IMG/VR virus record: IMGVR_UViG_3300043438_000976
Span: 100,027 to 164,026 of that record
Length of the DNA: 64,000 nucleotides
Strand: one strand, 5' to 3'
Source of the DNA: a virus
Taxonomy: Duplodnaviria; Heunggongvirae; Uroviricota; Caudoviricetes
Numbering within the stretch: position 1 is the first letter of the stretch; every line of letters begins with the position of its first letter. Below, piece after piece: positions 42,888 to 51,809 of the stretch. The notes beneath the pieces are model-generated. The model had not been told where the DNA came from, ran no database searches, and saw nothing but the letters and a program-made list of their open reading frames with translations. Made by a program: the position numbers and the translations under genes.

Positions 42888-44327
42888 TTATTTGCGAGCG
42901 TTAGCTCGAACTTCCTCAAAGGTGTAATCTTTGTGCAGGTTGCCGTTCCAGTAAACTGGAACCAGTGCGTTGGTCCACCCGCCGATTCCCCGATCAGTCC
43001 AACCAGTAGGTTCAGTTACCCCTGATGCAAACTCGCCACCACTGTTAGTCCACAGTGTAACACGGCCTGCCTTAGACTTCTTGCCAGGATCAGTGACTGG
43101 GTCTTTGATCACATCAAACCATTCAGTTTTAAAACCAGATCCGAGATCACCATCTTCAACTCTAACAGTACGGCTCATTGCAGAGCACTTCATTGCAAAT
43201 TGTTGAGTATCACGATCTACAATCTGTAACAGAGCACCGCCCATACCAAAAGCAATGTTATCGGCACTCCAGCCCATGGCCATGAACGCACCGAGGATAC
43301 TGCGAACAGTAAGTTCGTTAATACCGTCACCTTGGATCAGTCTGACGTTGTTCAGGACTTTGAAGCCTTTGCTGTTAGTAGTGTATCCGAACTTGGATCC
43401 AAGGATCTCAACTAGCTTACGGTTGACTTCAACAGGATCGCCGCTATCAGGGCGAATGACAACAGTAGCACCACTATCGATAACTTGTTGGCGAAGTTCT
43501 TCGCCCCAGAGCTTAGAGGCTGCGTTGTAGATATCGTAACTATCACTAACAACAGCGAGGATAGTACCGGGACGAGCGAACTGAGTAAGCATATTTCTGT
43601 AAGCATCTACTTCACCGTCGCGACCCCAAGAAGTGATTGTGCTATGTTCGGCAGCAGGAATAGAAAACCCAGCAATGCCAGCTCCATAATACTCACGAGC
43701 GTAAAGAATACCAGTAATGGTATCCGTTCCCATAAAGTTAACGAGGTGAGCCGCAGAACCGATCCCAGCACTTTCGAGGCTAGATACACCGCGAGCACCA
43801 AAGTCGTGCAGTTTAAAATCAATAGTAGTAGGGTCACCTGTACGCTCCAAGTAGTCAAGAATGACTTGTTTAATTTTCCAGCTTTGTGTTGCCACAGTAG
43901 TACCGTACCACACTGCACGAAGCAGAGCAGTTTCCAACCAAGTGGTCAACCAATAACATTTTGGATCGGTATTCTCAATGGTAGCGAGTACGTTTTTGAC
44001 AGGGACAATAGTTCCTTCAGGGACTGCTCGGATAACAACGGGCAAGAATCCTTGGTGCTGGTCAAGAATATACTGCCATCCTTCTCTGTTAAAGGGTTCA
44101 CCGTGTAGGGTAAGAATTTCTTCAGCAATGTCAATATCTGCTTGTGTGATGGGTGCAAGTAGGTATTCCTTGATAAAAGCCTGTAGTCCGAAGAATACAG
44201 TTCTATCGTAACGCCCACCGCGTGATTCAATATATGAATATACACCTGTGGTTCCTGCTGGGTATTGTTTGAACATCGAGACTTTGTACGAGTCTGTGTT
44301 CAGGATAAGATTTTTTGCGAGTTTCAT
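42888..44327 (-). CDS. nadV: nicotinamide phosphoribosyltransferase NadV
   Basis: N-terminal ILNTDSYKVSMFKQYP hallmark of NAMPT; 479 aa. Confidence 0.85.
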   Translation of the reverse strand: MKLAKNLILNTDSYKVSMFKQYPAGTTGVYSYIESRGGRYDRTVFFGLQAFIKEYLLAPITQADIDIAEEILTLHGEPFNREGWQYILDQHQGFLPVVIRAVPEGTIVPVKNVLATIENTDPKCYWLTTWLETALLRAVWYGTTVATQSWKIKQVILDYLERTGDPTTIDFKLHDFGARGVSSLESAGIGSAAHLVNFMGTDTITGILYAREYYGAGIAGFSIPAAEHSTITSWGRDGEVDAYRNMLTQFARPGTILAVVSDSYDIYNAASKLWGEELRQQVIDSGATVVIRPDSGDPVEVNRKLVEILGSKFGYTTNSKGFKVLNNVRLIQGDGINELTVRSILGAFMAMGWSADNIAFGMGGALLQIVDRDTQQFAMKCSAMSRTVRVEDGDLGSGFKTEWFDVIKDPVTDPGKKSKAGRVTLWTNSGGEFASGVTEPTGWTDRGIGGWTNALVPVYWNGNLHKDYTFEEVRANARK

Positions 44328-44405
44328 TGTAAAGTTCCTTTACTTGTTATGCCAGGCGTCTATCGCTTGGACTTGTTTATAGTATAACACAGACCTATTT
44401 CTGCG

Positions 44406-44879
44406 TCAACTAATTCTTTGGCTAAATTCAACGAGTGTAACCTGACCACTTCGTTTAGCAATCTGGGCGGCAAACCGTTCGATCATATCCAAAATAGTTT
44501 CCTGGTCGCCACCGGCAAGTCCGCATCCAATGTAAGGCAATCCAATACGTTTGTTACCGTACATAAATGTTAATTTCTCAAGTATCAATTGAAATGCAGT
44601 GTACTCAAACACATCAGTACCTTGACTCATATTGTACTGAGTGTAGGCATTGATGATAATAAAAGTACCTTGGTCAAATTCTGTCCAGTTACCTAGTTTC
44701 ATATGATCGCCTTTGGCAGTTAGATTATCGATCTCTGCACACATTGGAAATCGTTCACGGATCTCTCGGGCAATGCCGCCGCCCATTGTGTTAAAGCAAT
44801 TACAGCCTTGTACCACAACATCGAACTCACCTGCTTCTGCTAGGTCGAGTAGATTACCTTTAGTATGTTTTAATGTCAT
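44406..44879 (-). CDS. macro-domain (ADP-ribose binding/processing) protein
   Basis: VVVQGCNCFNTMGGGIAREI resembles the macro-domain NAAN..GGGGV motif. Confidence 0.45.
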   Translation of the reverse strand: MTLKHTKGNLLDLAEAGEFDVVVQGCNCFNTMGGGIAREIRERFPMCAEIDNLTAKGDHMKLGNWTEFDQGTFIIINAYTQYNMSQGTDVFEYTAFQLILEKLTFMYGNKRIGLPYIGCGLAGGDQETILDMIERFAAQIAKRSGQVTLVEFSQRIS

Positions 44880-45133
44880 TCTTCAACTCCGAAATGTGAT
44901 TCTAATCTGCTGACAATGTCCGGAGCCACAACATCAGCATCCCATTCATTCTTAAAAATTATGGATGGATGGTCCTTACATTTTTTAATACATTCTCTCA
45001 CAATCAGTTCAGCGAACTTTTCCATCTTAAAAGCTAATACAACTGCATCAGGATCAAACATAAAGCCCACTCCAGCCTGTTCAGCAAGTTCTCTAATTCG
45101 TTCGTTCATAGTTTCTCTCCACAATGCGGACAC
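44876..45133 (-). CDS. small hypothetical protein, paralogue of 45339..45617 (both end HFGVEE)
   Basis: shared MNERIRELAEQ...VRECIKKC/VRECANVA...HFGVEE. Confidence 0.3.
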   Translation of the reverse strand: MSALWRETMNERIRELAEQAGVGFMFDPDAVVLAFKMEKFAELIVRECIKKCKDHPSIIFKNEWDADVVAPDIVSRLESHFGVEE

Positions 45134-45342
45134 TTCTTTGCTGAAGCATTACGCATTTCTTTCAGTGTCTTGTTGAGTTTACGAGCATCGGCCAGCTGAT
45201 GTTTAATCCACTTACGGTCTCTATCGTGTTTGGCCTTGCTCAATTCTTCTTTAAGGTGTAGCTTCATTTTGTTAAGCCTGCCCTCAAAGATTTCAATAAA
45301 GCCCGTTATGCCCGGGCTTTTGTCTGCCGGTGTACCATTCAT
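45106..45342 (-). CDS. hypothetical protein (78 aa) with C-terminal CPHCGEKL
   Basis: ORF, charged helical; overlapping start/stop with neighbours. Confidence 0.25.
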   Translation of the reverse strand: MNGTPADKSPGITGFIEIFEGRLNKMKLHLKEELSKAKHDRDRKWIKHQLADARKLNKTLKEMRNASAKKCPHCGEKL

Positions 45343-45617
45343 TCTTCAACTCCAAAATGTTCTCTAATCTCTTCGTAAATGTCCAAGGCATCATGATCAG
45401 CGGCAACATTAGCACATTCCCGAACAATCAACTCGGCGAACTTTTCCAAATCAATGTTATGTTCACTATACCGATGGTGGCACTGTTCGGCAAGTTCTTT
45501 AATTCGTTCGTTCATATTATGCTCCCAAGAAGTGTTGTATGATTTCGTAGTGGTCTTCGAAACATTCTTCACTGCGAACTTCGGCAATAGGAACCCAACG
45601 TGCTTTTTCAGCATCAT
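45339..45617 (-). CDS. small hypothetical protein, paralogue of 44876..45133
   Basis: see paralogue. Confidence 0.3.
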   Translation of the reverse strand: MMLKKHVGFLLPKFAVKNVSKTTTKSYNTSWEHNMNERIKELAEQCHHRYSEHNIDLEKFAELIVRECANVAADHDALDIYEEIREHFGVEE

Positions 45618-46539
45618 CGCCGCCTTTTACCTTTGGCAGCTCGCCGTCAGGCAGTTCAATGTGGAATGCGTGAGTGATAATACGACCTCGCGGACTACGG
45701 TCAACTGCATCAAAGACCTTACTACGTTTAATACTACCACGCAACACCGGAGCAGGAACTTTAATTAGTGTTTCTTCACGCAGTTCACGAATGGCTGCAT
45801 CCTCTACGCTTTTATCCGTATTGGCGTTAACATAGCCGCCTGGCAATGCCCACAATCCTTTACCGGGTTCAGCACGACGACGAATCATTAATACATGTCC
45901 TGAGCAGATAACCACAGCATCAGCAGTTGAGAAGATCGGAGGATACTTCAATCCAGCATATTGTTTATTGTGTTCTATGATGAACTCACGTTCGCGGATG
46001 ATCTGTTCGTATTGATCTGTGGTGCGGAACTGCTCCAAAAAGTCTAAAGTAGACTCTGGCACTACACCTTTAATGAACTTCATATTGACATCACGCTTGA
46101 AGTAGAGATCGCGAATGTTTACAGCACTGAGGAATTCTACTAATTCAACATCTTCATAGCCCCACTGTGGGAACATATCCAAGTAGAATGAGCTGTCATC
46201 TTTTTTATGACCGATAATGCCCACTCCGGCACCACCTAGTACACGGTATTTAGAAACAATACCTTGGACACGAACAGCCCATGCCTGATCGTTATAGATA
46301 GTGTCAATATTTGGCTCAACATAGATCTGCATAGCAAGTCCAGCAGTTGCTGACTTGATCATTCGAGCACGTTCATCGAATGTAAATGGGTTTTTATAAG
46401 TTCGGGGTTGTTTAGCACTACCGCAGATGATCACAAGTTGATCAGTTAGTGCTGTGGCTCGCTTGATAATCTCTAAGTGAGCTGAGTGAAGCGGTTGAAA
46501 ACGTCCGATGAGGACAAGGGTATCATATTTTTTTGACAT
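45517..46539 (-). CDS. natV: bifunctional NMN adenylyltransferase / Nudix hydrolase NatV (NadM-like)
   Basis: N-terminal LIGRFQPLHSAHLEII (H/TxGH NMNAT motif); C-terminal Nudix box ...RELREETL; 340 aa. Confidence 0.8.
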   Translation of the reverse strand: MSKKYDTLVLIGRFQPLHSAHLEIIKRATALTDQLVIICGSAKQPRTYKNPFTFDERARMIKSATAGLAMQIYVEPNIDTIYNDQAWAVRVQGIVSKYRVLGGAGVGIIGHKKDDSSFYLDMFPQWGYEDVELVEFLSAVNIRDLYFKRDVNMKFIKGVVPESTLDFLEQFRTTDQYEQIIREREFIIEHNKQYAGLKYPPIFSTADAVVICSGHVLMIRRRAEPGKGLWALPGGYVNANTDKSVEDAAIRELREETLIKVPAPVLRGSIKRSKVFDAVDRSPRGRIITHAFHIELPDGELPKVKGGDDAEKARWVPIAEVRSEECFEDHYEIIQHFLGA

Positions 46540-46641
46540 TCAAAAATCCTTTGAATAATGTACGCAACGAGTCTATCTCTTTGCTGTATGTATTTATTAT
46601 ACAGGTTTTCTTTCCTGTTGTAAAGTGATTATTTTACCAAT

Positions 46642-46857
46642 TTAGAAATCAAATAGACGTTTTTTTGGAACAATGAACTCTTTGGCTATTCTTGATCCTT
46701 CTAGTCTTACTGCTGGATCCGGACTATTAAGCATTTCGTTGATCAATGCAGTTTTTGCCATATCGCCCATTGTTCGATCTCTGCTGATGCTTTTTTCTAA
46801 ATCTAGATTTGAAGCACATCCTGTTAGCATCAATGCAAGAATTACTGCAAATTTCAT
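46642..46857 (-). CDS. small lipoprotein
   Basis: lipobox LMLTGCAS. Confidence 0.3.
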   Translation of the reverse strand: MKFAVILALMLTGCASNLDLEKSISRDRTMGDMAKTALINEMLNSPDPAVRLEGSRIAKEFIVPKKRLFDF

Positions 46858-47105
46858 ACTGGCTCCTCTGCAGGCTGATCACTAGGTTTTGTAGTTTGTG
46901 ACACCACTGGCTTTTTAATATTCTTGCTGGCAATCTGCTTTTTTGCAATGTTGCAGCCATTGTTAAAGCTGGCGTTTTTTGAATCGCAATTTTTGTTAGC
47001 GTGTTTCATGGACCATGCATATCCAGCACTGTGCCCACTACAATCTTTAGTGCAGGGGCTACCCTGAAAGTCTAGTTCAAAAAGCAATTCGGAAATCTGC
47101 ATCAA
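46854..47105 (-). CDS. hypothetical Cys-rich small protein
   Basis: 83 aa with 6 Cys; overlapping stop/start. Confidence 0.25.
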   Translation of the reverse strand: MMQISELLFELDFQGSPCTKDCSGHSAGYAWSMKHANKNCDSKNASFNNGCNIAKKQIASKNIKKPVVSQTTKPSDQPAEEPV

Positions 47106-47112
47106 GTATTTA

Positions 47113-47331
47113 TCATTTATTCTGTTGGTCTATTACTGGTGCAATCTTTGTAGTTTCTTCTTCCGTCATAAAACGAGTAGAAGGATGTTCTGCCCATTTA
47201 AAGAATTGCACTGGTTTCCAATACTTATGCAGTAGATTGTTGATTACCAATACTGCACCAATTACTACAATAAAACCTAACATTGTTAAAATACTGCCTG
47301 CTAACCAGGTCGCTGCTTGATCCATAGTCAT
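47113..47331 (-). CDS. hypothetical single-pass membrane protein
   Basis: TM segment ILTMLGFIVVIGAVLVINNLL. Confidence 0.25.
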   Translation of the reverse strand: MTMDQAATWLAGSILTMLGFIVVIGAVLVINNLLHKYWKPVQFFKWAEHPSTRFMTEEETTKIAPVIDQQNK

Positions 47332-47395
47332 GATAAAATTCTTTCTGTATGTTTATCTAATACTTTAACAAATTTTTTTAATTTTGTCAACTCCA

Positions 47396-47635
47396 TTATA
47401 ACCACCTTAATAAAAACATTGTTAAATGTTTAGCATCCTTGAAGGCAAATGTAGTATTACCAAACATACTATGCATGACCCAAATCTTACCATTCATGCC
47501 TTCCCAAGTTTCAGGAGTCTGATAGGACCAACCACCGGTTCCTACATGTTCGTGGCACCATTGTTCCATGTCTGGATGTTGCCAATACCGTTCTTTACCA
47601 AATGTAATCCAGCTTGCTGTATCACTCACGACCAC
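47396..47635 (-). CDS. MF(I/L)LRW-tail small protein, tandem paralogue 5 of 5 (79 aa)
   Basis: C-terminal FAFKDAKHLTMFLLRWL; W-rich; overlaps neighbour by about 10 nt. Confidence 0.35.
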   Translation of the reverse strand: MVVSDTASWITFGKERYWQHPDMEQWCHEHVGTGGWSYQTPETWEGMNGKIWVMHSMFGNTTFAFKDAKHLTMFLLRWL

Positions 47636-47907
47636 CTCAGAATAAACATAGTCATGTCCTTCTCACTTTTGAAATAGAATTTACGTTCTTTTTCAAACCA
47701 ACGAGCACCACTCTTACCAAACTGATCTCGACACCATTCAGTGGCTAACTCAGTTGTGTTTTCGTATTTGTTTTGATCAGTAACAGGAAGACTAACCCAA
47801 TGATACTCACCAATCCAACCTTTGGCCTTGCCAGTTTGCATTGGCTGGATTTCGGGCTCTGTTTCAGCACTGCCAATAATAGTATTAATACTGGCCATTA
47901 TGCCCAC
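47626..47907 (-). CDS. MF(I/L)LRW-tail small protein, tandem paralogue 4 (93 aa)
   Basis: C-terminal FYFKSEKDMTMFILRWS. Confidence 0.35.
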   Translation of the reverse strand: MGIMASINTIIGSAETEPEIQPMQTGKAKGWIGEYHWVSLPVTDQNKYENTTELATEWCRDQFGKSGARWFEKERKFYFKSEKDMTMFILRWS

Positions 47908-48221
47908 CTCAGAATAAACATTGTACGATCCTTTTCATTTCGGAACCAAAATTTAGCATTGTTAGCATACCAACGCATGTTAGGTGTCCAGACTCCGTCG
48001 TGTGCTGTGGGTCCAAATGTCTTTACTGTCCAATCCATCATTTCATTCCAGTGCCAGCCGTTGTTAGGATGTACAGTTAGATATCGAGAACCGTAAACAG
48101 TACCTTCGCTTAGTTCTAGTTTGTGCCACCCCATTGTGGTCATTAGTAACTCATCGTCAATAGCTTTAGCCATTTGGCGAGCTGCTTCGTTAATTACACT
48201 TTGTTCAATATTCATGACCAC
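47898..48221 (-). CDS. MF(I/L)LRW-tail small protein, tandem paralogue 3 (107 aa)
   Basis: C-terminal FWFRNEKDRTMFILRWA. Confidence 0.35.
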   Translation of the reverse strand: MVMNIEQSVINEAARQMAKAIDDELLMTTMGWHKLELSEGTVYGSRYLTVHPNNGWHWNEMMDWTVKTFGPTAHDGVWTPNMRWYANNAKFWFRNEKDRTMFILRWA

Positions 48222-48439
48222 CTCAACATAAACATCAGCTTGTCTTGCTCATGGGCAAAACAAAATCTATACTTGCCCGGGCTATCTCTTCCGCCCCAAA
48301 ACATTGACCAACGCCCGGATTGAAAACCTATTACTTCCCAACGCTGTCCGAACTGTTGGGCACACCATCGTCCTGCCTTATTGTGTAGTCCGGAGTCTAG
48401 AAATACTTCATAATCCAAGTGAGTACGATTCATGACCAC
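48212..48439 (-). CDS. MF(I/L)LRW-tail small protein, tandem paralogue 2 (75 aa)
   Basis: C-terminal FCFAHEQDKLMFMLRWS. Confidence 0.35.
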   Translation of the reverse strand: MVMNRTHLDYEVFLDSGLHNKAGRWCAQQFGQRWEVIGFQSGRWSMFWGGRDSPGKYRFCFAHEQDKLMFMLRWS

Positions 48440-48618
48440 CTCAACAAAAACATCATGTGATCTTTTGGATCTGCAAAATAAATTTTAGGATGCTTGTACA
48501 TCCAACGGTAACCGTCACCCGGACCGAATTTAAGTTGTAGCCACTCAAACATTTCTGCAGGTGGTATCTTAAATGTGTGTAACTCAACAACATGATACTC
48601 GTGATCAACTAATATCAT
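48430..48618 (-). CDS. MF(I/L)LRW-tail small protein, tandem paralogue 1 (62 aa)
   Basis: C-terminal YFADPKDHMMFLLRWS; start overlaps peptidase stop. Confidence 0.35.
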   Translation of the reverse strand: MILVDHEYHVVELHTFKIPPAEMFEWLQLKFGPGDGYRWMYKHPKIYFADPKDHMMFLLRWS

Positions 48619-49391
48619 CGCAAATCCGTATCTGTTATGTTATTGTACATGATTTCTTTGGCAATTTTAAGTCGCTCTAATTTATTTCTAGCACCTAAAA
48701 TTACTATGACATATTTTTGTCCACCCTGTTCTACAACCATACCTAAACACCAACCTGCAGGATTAGTTAGTCCTGTTTTAGTCACAACAATATTGTCAAA
48801 CTCAAATAATAATTCTTTGTTGGTATTTGGTAATTCGATCTTACGTATTTTCTTTTTAAATCGATGATCAAACAATGCCTGTTTCTTTACACTAATTTCT
48901 CGGATAATAGGATACTCTGAACTTGCCAACAGTAAGCGTTTAACTCCGAGCAATGTTGTAACATTCTTAGAATCGAGTCCACTCGGATCTCCAAAATTAG
49001 CGTTAGGCATATTGAGTAATATAGCCTTAGCGTTCATAGCTGCCAAAAAGGCACTGCGACCTCCGGGGTAATCTGCTGCTAATGTTTCGGCAGCATCGTT
49101 GTCACTGCGAATCAACATGGCGTGCATCACCTCTCCTCGTGTCCACGTACCTCGAGGCAGTATTCCTCCGACTTTGCCTGCAGATTTTAATGTGCGGGTA
49201 AGGTCTTTGTCATAATCTAACGTAACCATAGCAGTCATTAGTTTAGTAATACTGGCAATAGGACGAACAGTGTCTGCATTAGATTGAATTAGGTGGTGTC
49301 CGGTAGTATCGTTGTACAGCAACACACTTTGAGGTAACGGTTTAGCCCAAACAGATCCGCAAACTAGCATCAATAATAAAAAGCGAGTCAT
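48615..49391 (-). CDS. D-alanyl-D-alanine carboxypeptidase/endopeptidase (peptidase S11, PBP-like)
   Basis: signal peptide; SxxK motif IASITKLMTA; SDN-like RSDNDAAE; KTG motif VVTKTGLT. Confidence 0.55.
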   Translation of the reverse strand: MTRFLLLMLVCGSVWAKPLPQSVLLYNDTTGHHLIQSNADTVRPIASITKLMTAMVTLDYDKDLTRTLKSAGKVGGILPRGTWTRGEVMHAMLIRSDNDAAETLAADYPGGRSAFLAAMNAKAILLNMPNANFGDPSGLDSKNVTTLLGVKRLLLASSEYPIIREISVKKQALFDHRFKKKIRKIELPNTNKELLFEFDNIVVTKTGLTNPAGWCLGMVVEQGGQKYVIVILGARNKLERLKIAKEIMYNNITDTDLR

Positions 49392-49897
49392 TCACGTTCG
49401 TTTTCTTTAACCAATTTACACATTAGTTGGAAATGATCGTAGGCTTTGCGTACACTTTCGTGCTCCATTAGTTTGTCGGCTTCATCAATCATTGCTTTAA
49501 CTCCCGCTTCGGCAATTTCTCTTGCACTAGGGATTTCAATGTAGTAGCGATCATTGTCAAATGCTTTGGCCAGAGATTCCCAAGCCTTACGTTGCTTCTC
49601 AGTAATGGGTGTACGGTGGGGACGCATCTCGCTGGCTTTGACCACTGCTTTACTGATAGCATCTTCAGCAACACGGCCAGCCGCAATCATAGGTGCATAG
49701 TGTGGATCGATGTTGAATCTGCGGCTAGATCCACCAGGGTAACACATAACTAGGTGGTCACCTTTCGGGAAACTGTCTAGCAACATGTTATCATATTCGG
49801 CTACTGGAATATACCGGCGGCCAACTTTCTCATAGTATATCTTCTTTGTCATCTGGAGGCAATCCGTTACTGTGTCGATCGGAAGTCTTTTCCACAT
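49388..49897 (-). CDS. hypothetical protein (169 aa)
   Basis: ORF only. Confidence 0.25.
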   Translation of the reverse strand: MWKRLPIDTVTDCLQMTKKIYYEKVGRRYIPVAEYDNMLLDSFPKGDHLVMCYPGGSSRRFNIDPHYAPMIAAGRVAEDAISKAVVKASEMRPHRTPITEKQRKAWESLAKAFDNDRYYIEIPSAREIAEAGVKAMIDEADKLMEHESVRKAYDHFQLMCKLVKENERE

Positions 49898-50204
49898 CTT
49901 GGAATAGACGCTTTTCTTGTGTAGTTAATTTGTCTTTGTGCGTTTTGCGTGGATTACCGCACATAAAGCATTCTGGGTTACCACAGTCCATTGCATGCCG
50001 TTTATTGAAACGATGTGGTTGCTTAACTTCACCAGGATTGTATTCGCTTACTCTGTGCTGTTTAGCAATCTTGGTCTGTTTTTTAATAGCAGACTCGTCC
50101 TTATGTCGTCGGCGACTGTTTAGATATTTTGCCAGTTCATTTGCCACGTACAAAATCCTTTGCCCGTTGCTTCGTACCCTCCGGGTCACGATTGTAATCT
50201 TCAA
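49830..50204 (-). CDS. hypothetical basic protein (124 aa), overlaps neighbour
   Basis: ORF; overlaps 49388 gene by about 70 nt, start uncertain. Confidence 0.2.
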   Translation of the reverse strand: MKITIVTRRVRSNGQRILYVANELAKYLNSRRRHKDESAIKKQTKIAKQHRVSEYNPGEVKQPHRFNKRHAMDCGNPECFMCGNPRKTHKDKLTTQEKRLFQDVEKTSDRHSNGLPPDDKEDIL

Positions 50205-50697
50205 TGGCAGCTCGCAGAGCTTCTTCTACAAACTGGTTGAAAGTCATATCACGTTCGTGTGCCAGCTTCATATACTTTAACAACTCTTCGTCACTAAAGT
50301 CAACTGGCATCTGGACTCGTTGATCATACGGCTCTCCGTTATATATAGCAGTGGCTTTTTCAAACCAGTCGTCAACTACTTCGAGATCTACATATTGAAC
50401 ATCTTCCCAAGCCTCATCAGTTATGCCGCGATTTGAAACTTCTTGCGTAAACTGAGATTGATGAGTAGGATCAATCCAACGATAGGCACGATCATTTGAG
50501 AAGTCGTGAGCTTCTATCATAAAAACTGTTTGATCCTTTGTGTCAAAGGTAATATTAAAACTAGTGCCAGCTTGATCGCCATCCCATGATGATAGTGTAT
50601 AGGCATTATAACCAAAACACTGCCAACCGTAATCACTGCCTTCAGTGATTCGAAACTGAACCATTTCCATCCAACGTTGCATAATTTCACTGTTCAC
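50137..50697 (-). CDS. hypothetical acidic protein (186 aa)
   Basis: ORF only. Confidence 0.25.
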   Translation of the reverse strand: MNSEIMQRWMEMVQFRITEGSDYGWQCFGYNAYTLSSWDGDQAGTSFNITFDTKDQTVFMIEAHDFSNDRAYRWIDPTHQSQFTQEVSNRGITDEAWEDVQYVDLEVVDDWFEKATAIYNGEPYDQRVQMPVDFSDEELLKYMKLAHERDMTFNQFVEEALRAAIEDYNRDPEGTKQRAKDFVRGK

Positions 50698-50739
50698 GGA
50701 ATTCTCCTATGTTGATAAACAAGTATAGCATTAAGAATG

Positions 50740-51768
50740 CTATTTGTCAATAGGGTTTTGTATCCAAATGATCTCTTTTGGCTCGTATGGAAATAATTTA
50801 CCTTGTGTGTCATGGACAGGTTTGATAGCGATTAGGCAACGACCATTAAACTTTTCTAATAGTATTTCGTGTACTTCTTTAGCATATTCCAAATTACCCG
50901 GGTCTACCATTAAGCGGATTCGAATAAAATTCTCAGCCTTATTTCGAATAGCAGCATCTATACTTTTTACAAACTTTTCAATCCCTAAAGTTTTTAAGTA
51001 ATTCAAATGTAAACTAAAGCATAGATCGCTAACCTGTGCCAGCTCTGCATAATAGGCAGCATCTCTACTACCGTTTGTTGTAGTGATAGATCCATGACCG
51101 TCTTTTCTTAAGGTTTTAACAAATGGCAGATAGTCTTTATATACAGTCAGTTCTCCGCCTAGCATACTGAACTTAGTAGGTTCACCTTTGATCCATTGAG
51201 TTGATAATATATTGTAAGCAGACATCAAAGTGTCGTAATCTTTGTGTGCTTCAAAGTTATTGTGATCGCTTTCTGGACAATACCAGCAGTCAAAGTTACA
51301 TCTACGGCCTATGGCCCATGTTATGGTTTTATAATTGTAGTTGGTTGAATATACAACTTCTGCGTCTACTTTGGGCAATTTGTAGTTAAGATCGAATTCT
51401 CTAATTTTATTAGAATCAAAAAATCTCAGTATGCTTTCTTGATGCTTTACCTTAGGCACAGCCATATCTGCACCGCAAGAACATATCTGCTTTCCGCAAA
51501 CTGTCCATTTATTACCTATTGCAATGTCTAACGGAATGGATTTCTTGTATACGTTAGCAACTACCCCACCTTCCCTGCAGGTTCCTCGTACTACATTTCC
51601 TTCATAATCAATATAGAGCGATCGAAGGCCAATTGCACAATGCCAGCCCTTCCAAAATGACAGATCTTTACTTAATACAGATTCTACTGTATGCGTAGTG
51701 TAGTTTAAATCGTCGTCTAACAGCACTATGTCTTTACCGTCAAATTCAATTTCAGTTGTTTTAGCCAT
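50740..51768 (-). CDS. radical SAM domain protein
   Basis: CNFDCWYC (Cx3Cx2C) cluster motif; 342 aa. Confidence 0.45.
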   Translation of the reverse strand: MAKTTEIEFDGKDIVLLDDDLNYTTHTVESVLSKDLSFWKGWHCAIGLRSLYIDYEGNVVRGTCREGGVVANVYKKSIPLDIAIGNKWTVCGKQICSCGADMAVPKVKHQESILRFFDSNKIREFDLNYKLPKVDAEVVYSTNYNYKTITWAIGRRCNFDCWYCPESDHNNFEAHKDYDTLMSAYNILSTQWIKGEPTKFSMLGGELTVYKDYLPFVKTLRKDGHGSITTTNGSRDAAYYAELAQVSDLCFSLHLNYLKTLGIEKFVKSIDAAIRNKAENFIRIRLMVDPGNLEYAKEVHEILLEKFNGRCLIAIKPVHDTQGKLFPYEPKEIIWIQNPIDK

Positions 51769-51809
51769 TGCTTACCTTTTGAATATTTATATGGTTAAAT
51801 ACTAACATT

